64,000 nt of DNA, taken from contig CAVYCN010000004.1 of assembly GCA_963767005.1 (NCBI GenBank), positions 192,001 to 256,000 on the forward strand, written 5' to 3'. Positions within the stretch are counted from its first letter, which is position 1, and each line of letters opens with the position of its first letter. The stretch is from an uncultured Actinomycetes bacterium. Lineage in GTDB: Bacteria > Actinomycetota > Thermoleophilia > UBA2241. Position numbers and translations under genes: made by a program. The notes under the pieces were generated by a model that ran no database searches, had not been told where the DNA came from, and saw only the letters and a program-made list of their open reading frames with translations. Of the stretch, positions 48,089 to 57,398 are shown piece after piece.

Positions 48089-48113
48089 TTATCTGACTGA
48101 ACAGGTCAACAAA
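48089..48113 (-). promoter_or_regulatory. Rrf2/IscR type-1-like operator
   Basis: TTATCTGACTGAACAGGTCAACAAA with TGAC-N7-GTCA dyad. Confidence 0.6.
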
Positions 48114-48258
48114 TGGGATAAACGTGTCGCGCCATTATCGTCGGCGGCGTGCGCCGGCGCAACCCTCGGGCCCGTTCAGGCTGCGCCGGCGGTCGGACTC
48201 GCCCGACGGGGCGATCCGACCGCGCGCGGCAGACCGTCAGGGGGCCCGGCCGGCTGCC

Positions 48259-48738
48259 TCAGAAGACGAAGCGGGCGCGGCGGTTCTTCTCGTTGTAGCG
48301 CTGGTGGTACTCCTCGGCCCGGTAGAAGGGCGCGGCCGGCACGATCTCCGTGACGATCGCGGGGCGGCCGTCGCGCTCGCGCTCGGCCTGCAGGCTGTCG
48401 CGGACCGCGGTCGCGGCGCGCTCCTGCTTGGGCGTCTCGGCGAAGACCGCCGAACGATACTGCCGGCCGACGTCAGGGCCCTGGCGGTCGCGCGTCGTCG
48501 GGTCGTGCATCGCAAAGAAGGCCGCGACGAGCTGCTCGTATGAGATGACGGCGGGGTCAAACGTCACCCGCACGGCCTCGGCGTGCCCGGTCTTGTCGGT
48601 GCAGACGTCGTGGTACGTCGGATCGACCGTCCGGCCGCCGGTGTAGCCGACCTCGGCGTCGATGACGCCGGGCATCTTGCGGAAGCGCTCCTCGACTCCC
48701 CAGAAGCACCCTGCGGCGAAGGTGGCGGTCTCTGTCAT
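48259..48738 (-). CDS. msrA: Peptide-methionine (S)-S-oxide reductase
   Basis: AGCFWG, GYTGG, TGHAEAV, QYRS, AEEYHQ. Confidence 0.95.
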   Translation of the reverse strand: MTETATFAAGCFWGVEERFRKMPGVIDAEVGYTGGRTVDPTYHDVCTDKTGHAEAVRVTFDPAVISYEQLVAAFFAMHDPTTRDRQGPDVGRQYRSAVFAETPKQERAATAVRDSLQAERERDGRPAIVTEIVPAAPFYRAEEYHQRYNEKNRRARFVF

Positions 48739-48960
48739 GGCGTCGGGCCTCACTTGTCGTCGTCGACGGGCGCGGCGCGGCGGCGCCTGCCCGGTCGTTG
48801 TCGCTGTTCTGCCCCATGCTTCCCGCTCACCGGCCGCGCCACGCCCGCGGGACGGGCGCGGCCTGTCGCGCGGCCGCACCGGCGCTGCCGCCGCGGGTGA
48901 TGAGCGGCCCGCCGACGGGGTAGAACGCTCTGCGACCGGATCCGACACGGGAGGCACCCG

Positions 48961-50337
48961 ATGCCCGTCTTCGAGTGGCGCAGCACCGTCCCGTTCCCCG
49001 CCGCCGACGTCTACGCGTGGCACACGCGCCCGGGCGCCTTCGAGCGGCTCTCGCCGCCGTGGCAGGAAGCCCGTGTGGTGGAGCGGAGCGGCGGTGTCGA
49101 GGACCACGGCACGCTGGTCTTCGAGTTCGGCGCCGGCCCGCTCCGCGGCCGCTGGGTGGCCGCCCACGGCGACGCCGAGCCCGGCCGGCGGTTCAGCGAC
49201 CGGCAGCTTCACGGGCCGTTCCGCGCCTGGGAGCACACCCACACCTTCGTCCCCGACGGTCTCGACCGCACGGTGATAGAAGACCACGTCGAGTACGAGC
49301 TGCCGCTCGGCGCGGCCGGCGGCGTCGTCGCCGGCCTGCCGGCGCGGCGTTTTCTCGAGCGGGTGTTCCGGTTCCGCCACGAGCGCACGCTCGCCGACCT
49401 CACGCGCCACGCGGCCCACGCCGGCGAGCCCCGCCTGCGGGTGGGCGTGACCGGCGCGAGCGGCCTGATCGGCCGGCAGCTCGTCGCGTTCCTCGAGAGC
49501 GGCGGTCACACGGTGCGACGCATCGGTCGCGGCGCCCCGCGCCGGCCCGGCGACGTGGTCTGGGACCCCGGGGCGGGCCGTCTCGCCGCGGCCTCGCTCG
49601 ACGAGCTCGATGCGGTCGTCCATCTCGCCGGCGAGAACATCGGGCGCCGCTGGACGGCCGGTCGCAGAGAGCGCATCGTGACGAGTCGGCGGCAGGGCAC
49701 CGCTTTGCTCGCGCAGACGTTGGCCACCATGCAAGAGCCGCCCGCGACACTGCTGTCGGCCTCGGCCGTGGGCTACTACGGCGCCGACCGCGGCGATGCC
49801 GTGCTCACCGAGGCGAGCCCGGCCGGTCGCGACTTCCTCGCCGAGGTCTGTACGGCCTGGGAGGACGCGCTCGCGCCAGCGGCGCGAGCGGGCCTGCGCG
49901 TCGCGCCGCTGCGTTTCGGCGTCGTGCTGACCGCCGCCGGCGGCGTGCTCAGAAGCCTGTCGCCGGCCATCCGCGCCGGCGCCGGCGGACGCATCGGGGC
50001 CGGCACGCAATGGCTGAGCTGGGTCGCGCTCGACGACCTGATCGGCGTGATCGACGACCTGCTGTTCAGCCCCACGGTCGACGGTCCCGTCAACGTCACG
50101 AGCCCCCGGCCGGTCACGAACGCGCGGTTCGTTGACACCCTGGGTCGTGTGCTGCGCCGTCCCACGCTCGTGCCGCTGCCCGCGGCGGCGGTGCGGGCAG
50201 CCTTCGGCGAGATGGGCGACGTCATGCTGCTCGGCGGCCAGCGGGTCGTCCCCGAACGGCTCACCAAGGGCGGCTTCGGCTTTCGCTACCCGGCGCTCGA
50301 GGACGCGCTGCGGCTCGAGCTCGGACGCCTCGCCTGA
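48961..50337 (+). CDS. SRPBCC domain plus TIGR01777-type NAD-dependent epimerase
   Basis: [10 protein letters not shown]; [31 protein letters not shown]. Confidence 0.88.
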   Translation: MPVFEWRSTVPFPAADVYAWHTRPGAFERLSPPWQEARVVERSGGVEDHGTLVFEFGAGPLRGRWVAAHGDAEPGRRFSDRQLHGPFRAWEHTHTFVPDGLDRTVIEDHVEYELPLGAAGGVVAGLPARRFLERVFRFRHERTLADLTRHAAHAGEPRLRVGVTGASGLIGRQLVAFLESGGHTVRRIGRGAPRRPGDVVWDPGAGRLAAASLDELDAVVHLAGENIGRRWTAGRRERIVTSRRQGTALLAQTLATMQEPPATLLSASAVGYYGADRGDAVLTEASPAGRDFLAEVCTAWEDALAPAARAGLRVAPLRFGVVLTAAGGVLRSLSPAIRAGAGGRIGAGTQWLSWVALDDLIGVIDDLLFSPTVDGPVNVTSPRPVTNARFVDTLGRVLRRPTLVPLPAAAVRAAFGEMGDVMLLGGQRVVPERLTKGGFGFRYPALEDALRLELGRLA

Positions 50338-50341
50338 TCGA

Positions 50342-51703
50342 TCAGCTCTGCCCCGCCGCCGGGTCGTCGGCGGGCGACGGCTGCTCCGGACCGGCGCCGC
50401 CGGCCACGTCCCGCGGCGGCGCGGCTGCGGGCGCGGCCCCAGCGAACGGCTGAGGCTGCGGCGGCGCGCTTGCGGGCGCGCCTGCCTGAGGGCGTGCGGC
50501 CCACCAGGGGGGCGGGCCCGGCATCCATCCGCCGGGCGTGCCGTATGGCGGCGTCCAGGCCATGGGCCTTGGCTGCGGCGCGGTCCAGCTCGGCGGCGGC
50601 GATTGCGGCGCCCAGCCGGCCGGTGGCGTCGACGGCCAGCCCGGCCCGGGCATCGGGCCCGGCGCGGGCATCGGACCGTACGGCGGTCCGGCGTTCGGGT
50701 CGTACGGCGGCCCGGGCGTCGGGCCGTACGGTGGTGTGGGGCCGGGGCCCGGCGGTGGCGTCGCCGGGCTCGCCGGCCCGCCGACGGGAGCCGCGGCCAC
50801 GTGACGGGCGGCGCGCCACTCGTTCAGCAGGGTCAGCGCCGCGCCGAAGCCGGCGACGGTCGCTAGGAAGAGTACGGCGCCACCCAGGACCGGCACGAGC
50901 GACACGAGGCTCACCAGGAAGGCGCCCACGACGGCGGCCGCGATCACGTTGTCGCGGTAGCGCGCCGACGACGACAGCACGAGGCGGCCGAGCGCCGCGG
51001 CGACGCAGGCCACGCAGAACAGCAGACCGGCGACCAGCACGAAGAGGGCGGGCACGACCACGAGCAGCCCGACGATCGTGACGGCGAGCACGACGAGCAG
51101 GAGGATGGTCGCGAAGAGCCCGACGAAGCCCCAGCCCAGCGAGGGCCAGAAGCCGGCGCTGACGCGCCGGCCGACCCGCTGCGTCGTCTGGGGGAACAGG
51201 GCCACCACGACGAGAGCGACGATCGGCAGGAACAGGAGCTGCCACCAGCCGGCGACCACGCCGACGGGCCGCAGGACCATGCCGGCCGCGACCGTCCTGG
51301 CGAGGCCGCCGGCGTGCAGGCCGCCGACCTGGGTCGTCTTGCCGTAGACCGTGGCGCCCGGCTCGACCGTGAGGTGGCCGTCGACCACGACCACACTCGA
51401 CGACTGGCCGGGTTGTCCGGCGCCGACCACGGCGGTGGACTCGATCGTGGCGTCGCCGTCGAGCACCACGACGTCGCGCGTCACAGTGCCGCCGATCACG
51501 GCGTCGCCGTGGATCACGACGACGCTCTCGGCCGTGTGGCCCTGGGGCAGCGTGTAGTCCTGGAACCTGACGACCGAGCTCGACGCGGCCGCGGCCGGCG
51601 TGGCGGTCGCCGGTGCGGCGAGCGACAGGGCGAGCAGCAGGAGCGCACCCAGGGCGAGCAGCCCCGCGACGGCGGTGCGGTGCGCGTGGCGCGACGATCT
51701 CAT
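50342..51703 (-). CDS. Membrane protein with signal peptide, bactofilin-like beta repeats, TM block and Pro-rich tail
   Basis: [22 protein letters not shown] repeats; GGAGGA RBS; start overlaps the upstream stop. Confidence 0.75.
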   Translation of the reverse strand: MRSSRHAHRTAVAGLLALGALLLLALSLAAPATATPAAAASSSVVRFQDYTLPQGHTAESVVVIHGDAVIGGTVTRDVVVLDGDATIESTAVVGAGQPGQSSSVVVVDGHLTVEPGATVYGKTTQVGGLHAGGLARTVAAGMVLRPVGVVAGWWQLLFLPIVALVVVALFPQTTQRVGRRVSAGFWPSLGWGFVGLFATILLLVVLAVTIVGLLVVVPALFVLVAGLLFCVACVAAALGRLVLSSSARYRDNVIAAAVVGAFLVSLVSLVPVLGGAVLFLATVAGFGAALTLLNEWRAARHVAAAPVGGPASPATPPPGPGPTPPYGPTPGPPYDPNAGPPYGPMPAPGPMPGPGWPSTPPAGWAPQSPPPSWTAPQPRPMAWTPPYGTPGGWMPGPPPWWAARPQAGAPASAPPQPQPFAGAAPAAAPPRDVAGGAGPEQPSPADDPAAGQS

Positions 51704-52950
51704 GACGGATCCTCCTCGGCAGCTGATGACGATGGCGCATCCGGCTTCTCGTCGGGTGTGCCGGCACGGTCGTTCTGCGGCGACTCCTGCGGCGTCGCGC
51801 CGCCGGCGAGATCCTCCGGCGCGGCCGCCGGAGGCTGCGCCGGCGGCCCGTAGCCCCCCGGCCACTGCGGCCACTGTCCCGCCCAGGGATCGCCCTGCCA
51901 AGGCTGGGCCGGCCACTGTTGCGGTGGTCGCTGGTCGGGCGCCGGGGCCTGGCCCGGGTAGGCCGGCTGGCCCGGATAGGCGCCCTGGCCCGGATAGGCG
52001 CCCTGGCCCGGATAGGCGCCCTGGCCCGGATAGGGCGAAGGCCAGGTCGGCGCCGGCGGCGGCCAGTCGTAGGGCGACGGCGCGTGGGCCGGCGGCGGCC
52101 AGTCGTAGGGCGACGGTTGCCTGGCGGGCCATTGCGTGGCGGTCCCGGCGGCCATGTCCGGCGCCGGCGCCACGTCGGCGTCGGCCGGGCCGGCGGACCG
52201 GCTCCCCCCGGCGGGCGGGGCGCCGGCGGCTGCGAGCGTCGCGGCCTGGGGCGAGGTGTCGCGCTGGAGGAGCCCGGTGGCCACAGCCCGCCACATGGCG
52301 GCGAGGCCGTTGAACGCGTGGAACGAGACGAAGAGGAGCAGGACCCCGAGGGGCACGAGGAGGAGCGCCTGCCAGAGGCGATCGATGGTCCACACGCCGA
52401 AGTCCAAGCCGTGGTGGACGACCCCATGAGCTCCGGTCCAGCTTGCGAAGCGGTAGTAGAACGGCGCTCCCATCAGCGCGAGCGACGTCGCCCCCAGCGT
52501 CACCACGACCACGAACGACAGGACGCCGAGCGGGAACTTGACGAACAGGAAGGCGAGGTCCTTCCAGGTCGTGGCCGCGCTGAAGTGGGCCTTCAGACGC
52601 GGCAGCGTCCCCTCGACCGCGCGCCAGGGCCGCGGCGACGGCCCCAGCTTGGTCCCCAGGAGATTGTCCGCCAGCGAGCGCTCGAACGAGGCGAAGGCCC
52701 ACCAGCCGGCGGCGGTCAGGGCCAGCACGAAGAGGCCCACCCAGACGATCACGAGACCGATGCCCACGCTCAGGCACACCACGAGAAAGACGAAGTAGAA
52801 CAGGCCGAGCGGGAACGCGAGCGCCAGGTAGACGAGGTTGAGCCAGCTCTGCCGGCGGGCGACGACCCCGAAGAAGCCGGTCCGCGGCGGCCGCGGCGTG
52901 TGCTCCGCCGGCGTCGCCTCGTGCGTCGTGCTGTCGTCGCTCTCCGTCAC
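51700..52950 (-). CDS. Putative sensor-domain membrane protein with Pro/Gln/Tyr-rich tail
   Basis: SWLNLVYLALAFPLG, FERSLA..LLG, TWKDLAFL.VKFPLG. Confidence 0.75.
   Translation of the reverse strand: MTESDDSTTHEATPAEHTPRPPRTGFFGVVARRQSWLNLVYLALAFPLGLFYFVFLVVCLSVGIGLVIVWVGLFVLALTAAGWWAFASFERSLADNLLGTKLGPSPRPWRAVEGTLPRLKAHFSAATTWKDLAFLFVKFPLGVLSFVVVVTLGATSLALMGAPFYYRFASWTGAHGVVHHGLDFGVWTIDRLWQALLLVPLGVLLLFVSFHAFNGLAAMWRAVATGLLQRDTSPQAATLAAAGAPPAGGSRSAGPADADVAPAPDMAAGTATQWPARQPSPYDWPPPAHAPSPYDWPPPAPTWPSPYPGQGAYPGQGAYPGQGAYPGQPAYPGQAPAPDQRPPQQWPAQPWQGDPWAGQWPQWPGGYGPPAQPPAAAPEDLAGGATPQESPQNDRAGTPDEKPDAPSSSAAEEDPS
51949..52116. repeat. Coding tandem repeats: 18-bp (YPGQGA)n and 36-bp (PSPYDWPPPA)x2
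   Basis: CTGGCCCGGATAGGCGCC x3 perfect at 51967-52020 plus partial flanks; 29-bp identity 52052-52080 / 52088-52116. Confidence 0.9.
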
Positions 52951-53128
52951 CGTCCGTCCGTCCCGACCGCCGTGCCTTCCGCGGCTGTGGCCGCAACCCT
53001 ACTCGTCTTCTCAGGTACGGTCGTCGCCCCGCGGGGGGAATCTGCCGTCAACTGCGGGGGGACACGCCCGTCGCCTCGCTTCCGGCTCGAGTTGCCGCCC
53101 GGCCCGCCGCCCGGCCCGCCGCGCGCCG

Positions 53129-54004
53129 TCACAGCATGCCCTCGTCGGCGCGCCTGTCCCGGCTCTCCAGCCGCTTGATGGCGTCGAGCACGCCGTCGCG
53201 GCTCATGTGGTCGCGGTCGTGCACGATCTCGCCGTCGCCGAGGAACACCACCCGATCGGCGATCGCCGCTGCGCCGGGGTCGTGCGTGACCATGACCACG
53301 GTCTGGCCGAACTCGTCGACCGAGCGCCGCAGCAGAGCCAGCATCTCGCCGCCGCTGGCTGAGTCGAGGTTCCCGGTCGGCTCGTCGGCGAACAGCACCG
53401 CCGGACGCGTGAGCACAGCCCGCGCCACCGCGACACGCTGCTGCTGCCCGCCCGAGAGCTCGGCCGGACGATGCTCGAGCCGTCCGGCCAGGCCGATGCG
53501 CTCGACGAGCGCGGCCAGAAAACCGCGGTCGGGCCGGCGGCCGCCGATGTCGAGCGGCAGGGTGAGGTTCTCGGCGGCGGTGAGCATGGGCAGCAGGTTG
53601 AAGGACTGGAAGACGAAGCCGATCTTGTCACGGCGCAACCTGGTGAGCTGGCGCTCCTTCAGGCTGGTGATCTCGACGCCGTCGATCCACACGGAGCCGG
53701 CGCTCGGTGCGTCGAGGCCCGCCAGGAGGTGCAGGAGGGTCGACTTGCCGGAGCTCGACGGGCCCATGATCGCCGTGAGCGCGCCGCGCTCGAGCTCGAC
53801 CGTCACGCCGCGCAAGGCGTCGACGGCCGCGGCGCCCGTGCCGAAGCGGCGCGTCAGCGCGGTCGCCCGCACGACGGCGTCGCGCACGTGACGCGGGCGC
53901 GGCTTGGGCAGCCGGCCGGTGGCGATCGCAAGGGCGCGGTCGACGTCCTCGATCGTGAACGGCAGATCGGGCGCCGTCCGCGCCCCCTGGCCGGCCGTGT
54001 CCAT
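53129..54004 (-). CDS. LolD/MacB-type ABC ATP-binding protein
   Basis: GPSSSGKS, IGFVFQSFNL, LSGGQQQR, ADEPTGNLD, VTHD. Confidence 0.9.
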   Translation of the reverse strand: MDTAGQGARTAPDLPFTIEDVDRALAIATGRLPKPRPRHVRDAVVRATALTRRFGTGAAAVDALRGVTVELERGALTAIMGPSSSGKSTLLHLLAGLDAPSAGSVWIDGVEITSLKERQLTRLRRDKIGFVFQSFNLLPMLTAAENLTLPLDIGGRRPDRGFLAALVERIGLAGRLEHRPAELSGGQQQRVAVARAVLTRPAVLFADEPTGNLDSASGGEMLALLRRSVDEFGQTVVMVTHDPGAAAIADRVVFLGDGEIVHDRDHMSRDGVLDAIKRLESRDRRADEGML

Positions 54005-54149
54005 GGCGTCCTCCTCGTCCGACGGCATCAAGGAGGACGGTAGCCGCGCGTCCGGCCACCGGCGTCCCGCCGCGGCGGGAACCGGGCGTCAACGCTGGGG
54101 GGAGCTTCGCGGCGCGAGCGTCTCCCCGGCGAGGGGTGGCGCTCACCCC

Positions 54150-54194
54150 GGCGGGGGCGGGGCTCCCTCGCACGAAGGAGCCCCGCCCCGCCGA
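54150..54194 (-). terminator. GC stem-loop after the response regulator
   Basis: CGGCGGGGGCGGGGCTCC..GGAGCCCCGCCCCGCCG directly after the stop. Confidence 0.5.
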
Positions 54195-54872
54195 TCAGGG
54201 CCCCGCCGGGGCGACGAGGCCGACGTCGTAGGCGAGGATGACGGCCTGGGTGCGGTCGCGCAGGTCGAGCTTGAAGAAGATGCGCTTGATGTGCGTCTTG
54301 ACCGTGCCCTCGCTCAGGAACAGCTTCTCCGCGATCTCGCGGTTGGAGAGGCCGTGAGCTATCAGGCCGAGCACCTCGCGCTCGCGGTCGGTGAGCTCGT
54401 CGAGCATCGCCGGCGACGGCCGGTCGCCGGCCGGCCGGCGCGCGAACTCGCCGATCAGCCGCTTGGTGACCGAGGGCGACAGCAACGCCTCGCCGGCCGC
54501 GACGACGCGTACACCGGCCACCAGGTCGGCCGCCGGCGTGCGCTTGAGCAAGAAGCCGCTCGCGCCGGCGCGCAGCGCCTCGTAGACGTACTCGTCGAGG
54601 TCGAACGTGGTGAGGACGAGCACCCGCGACGAGTCGTCGCGGCCGAGGGCCACGATCGCACGGGTCGCGTCGAGCCCGTTCATGCCGGGCATCTGGATGT
54701 CCATGAGCACGACGTCGGGGTCGAGCCGCCCTACGAGCTCGACCGCCGTCGCGCCGTCCCCGGCCTCGGCCACGACGTCGAGATCGTCCTCGCTCTCGAG
54801 GATCATGCGCAAACCCTGCCGTACCATCTGTTCGTCGTCGACCAGCACGATGCGGATCGTCCCCTCAGCCAT
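54195..54872 (-). CDS. NarL/LuxR-family response regulator
   Basis: LVDD, DVVLMDIQMP, LTTFD, GFLLK, LTDREREVL..SN.EIA..TVKTH. Confidence 0.95.
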   Translation of the reverse strand: MAEGTIRIVLVDDEQMVRQGLRMILESEDDLDVVAEAGDGATAVELVGRLDPDVVLMDIQMPGMNGLDATRAIVALGRDDSSRVLVLTTFDLDEYVYEALRAGASGFLLKRTPAADLVAGVRVVAAGEALLSPSVTKRLIGEFARRPAGDRPSPAMLDELTDREREVLGLIAHGLSNREIAEKLFLSEGTVKTHIKRIFFKLDLRDRTQAVILAYDVGLVAPAGP

Positions 54873-56184
54873 CGCTACCCCCCGTGGTCGCCAGGCCGTC
54901 GAGCGGCCGGGCACCGCCTTGTACGTTTCCCGCGCCCTCGAGCGGCAGGCGCGCCCGCACGCGAAAGCCGCCCGCCGGCAGCGGCCCGACCTCGAGCTCG
55001 CCGCCGAAGAGGGCGACCCGCTCGCGCATGCCGAGCAGACCGCGCCCGCCGCTCAGGCGCCGGTTGAACTGTCCCGCCGCCGGCCGGCCGCCGCCGTCGT
55101 CCGAGCACTCGATGTCGAACCAGCCGCCCGCGCAGCGCAGCCGGACGCTGGCGCGCGCCCCCTGTCCCGCGTGCTTGAGCGTGTTGGTGAGCGCCTCCTG
55201 CACGATCCGGTAGCCCGACCGGTCGAGACTCGACGGCAGGACCGTGTGGCCGCAGGCGCTGTCGAGGTCGACGGCGATGCCGGCCTCGCGCACCTGGGCG
55301 ACGAGGGCGGGCACGTCGGCCATGCCGGGCAGCGTGCCGAGGTCCTCGCGGTCGCCAGCCTCGGCCCGCAGGATGCCGAGCAGGCGTTCGATATCGGTGA
55401 GCGCCTGCCGGCCGGTCGCCTCGATCGCGCCCAGCGCCTCGCGCGCCGTGTCCGGCCGCTTGTCGAAGACGCGTTGCGCGGCGCCGGCCTGCAGGACGAC
55501 GACGTTCAGCGCGTGGCCGACCACGTCGTGCAGCTCGCGGGCAAGGCGGCCGCGCTCGAGGGTGACCGCCTCCTGGGCGCGCATCTCGAGGTCGTGCAGG
55601 TAGAGCTCGGCGCGCTCGCGCTCGGCGTGCGCGCTCTCGCGCGCCTCGCGCACCGTCTCGCGGTAGCCGCGCAGGACGACGCCGCCCAGCCAGACCGCCG
55701 AGAACACGAACCAGGCGGCGACCGCGACCCACACAGAGGCCGTGCCGCGCTCGTAGAGGAGCGCGAAGATCACGATCAGCGTGGCCGAGGCGAGCAGCCC
55801 GGCCCAGAGGCTGCGCCAGATGTCGCTCTGGGAGGCGACGAAGAACAGGGCGACGGCGCCGCAGACGTAGCCCGGGTCGAGCGCGGGCTGGTCGAAGACG
55901 GCGCAGAGGATCGCGGCGACGGCCACGACCGCGAACACGACGCGCGGGTAGTGGCGCACGGCGGAGAGCGGCAGCGTCATGGCGAGCAGCAGGACGGCCC
56001 CGACGGCGTTCAGCGGGTTGAACGACGACGACAGGCGCGGGACGGCCAGGACGAACACGAAGCCGGCCACGCACAGCGAGAAGGCAAGCGCGGCGTCCCA
56101 GACCTGGGCGTCGATGCCGCGCACGGCCCTGAGGAGAACCCCCTGGGCCTCGGGCGGAGTCTGTGGCGGCGCCGATGCGCCCAT
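54865..56184 (-). CDS. HisKA_3 sensor histidine kinase
   Basis: ERGRLARELHDVVGH, YRIVQEALTN..KHA, G.GLLGMRER; N-terminal TM segments. Confidence 0.93.
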   Translation of the reverse strand: MGASAPPQTPPEAQGVLLRAVRGIDAQVWDAALAFSLCVAGFVFVLAVPRLSSSFNPLNAVGAVLLLAMTLPLSAVRHYPRVVFAVVAVAAILCAVFDQPALDPGYVCGAVALFFVASQSDIWRSLWAGLLASATLIVIFALLYERGTASVWVAVAAWFVFSAVWLGGVVLRGYRETVREARESAHAERERAELYLHDLEMRAQEAVTLERGRLARELHDVVGHALNVVVLQAGAAQRVFDKRPDTAREALGAIEATGRQALTDIERLLGILRAEAGDREDLGTLPGMADVPALVAQVREAGIAVDLDSACGHTVLPSSLDRSGYRIVQEALTNTLKHAGQGARASVRLRCAGGWFDIECSDDGGGRPAAGQFNRRLSGGRGLLGMRERVALFGGELEVGPLPAGGFRVRARLPLEGAGNVQGGARPLDGLATTGGSDG

Positions 56185-56496
56185 GTCGCCTCCCTGGACG
56201 GACCGCAGCAATTGTAGAGGAGGCCGCCGCCACGCGGCGAATGCTACGCGCGACGGATGCGCATACCCACTGGCTCGTGGACGGGATCTGACCCCCCTCA
56301 TCACCGTCCTGGCCGAGGCGGTCCCCCCCACCTCGGCCGGCCATCCGTCGATGTCGAGTGGGCGGGGCGGTGGCCAGGCCGCCGCCCCGCCGTCGACCCC
56401 GCCGCGTCTGTGCCGCTAAGATGGCGTCATGATCGCCGCCCGCCCGCCCGCCCGCCCGCCGTCCATGACCGCCCTCCGTCCGGCGCTCGCCGGCTC

Positions 56497-57108
56497 ATGA
56501 TCGTGCGCACGCCAGGCCTGAGCGCCCGCACCATCAGGCTCCTCGACGTCGCGGTGGCGGCCTGGGCGGTCTTCTGGGTCGTGGTCGGCGTGCTGGCCGC
56601 CGTCGAGGTGAGCCACCTCGGCACCCTGGCCGACACCGTAGCGCGCACCGCCGACAGCCTGCGCAACACGGTCCAGGCTCTCGCCGGTCTGTCGCATGTG
56701 CCGCTGGTCGGCGCCTCGCTCGGCGCGGTCGTGGGCAAGGTGAGCGCCTCGGCCGCGGCGGCCCACGCCCAGGCCGCGGCCGCCCATACGACGATCGGCC
56801 ACCTGAGCCTGCTCGTCGGCGTCGCCCTCGCGGCCGGCCAGGCGACGCTCGCCCTCCTGCTCTACCTGCCGCTCCGTCTGCCGTGGCGGCGCGACGTGAG
56901 CGAGGTGCGGCGCGCCCTCGCTAGCGACCCCGACGACCCCGTGCTCGGGCTGTACCTGGCGCGCCGAGCGCTCGCCGGCATGAGCCTTGCACAGACGCAC
57001 GCGATGGGCGGCGACCCGTGGCGCGCGATCGCGGCCGGCGACGTGTGGCCGCTGGCCGAAGTCGAGCTGCGTCGCCTCGGCCTGCGACGGCGGTCGCGGC
57101 GGCGGTAG
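56497..57108 (+). CDS. Hypothetical membrane protein
   Basis: Two TM segments flanking a helical domain (L..VPLVG), C-terminal LA..ELRRLGL. Confidence 0.65.
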   Translation: MIVRTPGLSARTIRLLDVAVAAWAVFWVVVGVLAAVEVSHLGTLADTVARTADSLRNTVQALAGLSHVPLVGASLGAVVGKVSASAAAAHAQAAAAHTTIGHLSLLVGVALAAGQATLALLLYLPLRLPWRRDVSEVRRALASDPDDPVLGLYLARRALAGMSLAQTHAMGGDPWRAIAAGDVWPLAEVELRRLGLRRRSRRR

Positions 57109-57398
57109 GAGCCGGCGCCGAGAAGGCAAACGACGGCAGGTACAGCCAGACCAGGCCGACGACGATCACAACGGCGGCGAGGCAGGCCCCGCGGGCGAGC
57201 TTCCTCATGGCTCCCCTCCAAAACGAGCACGACGGACCTCAGAATATCGCGCCCCCCCTGCCCGGCGCGACCCGGCGTGCCCCGCCGCGGCGGGACTGTG
57301 CGGCGCAGCACGCCGCCGCCCCCGACCCGCGCCGCGCCGACGCGGACGGTCTAGAATCGACGGATCGGAGTCGAGCGCCGGCGAGTGGAGGGGGCCAG

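Noticed and set aside
19479-48738. Selenocysteine recoding in redox genes (glutaredoxin, YyaL, MsrA, MsrB, Fe-S protein)
   Set aside because: All catalytic positions are Cys codons and no in-frame TGA interrupts these genes
51949-52116. Tandem repeats as a CRISPR or mobile element
   Set aside because: Head-to-tail, multiples of 3, in frame within a Pro-rich coding tail, and no spacers
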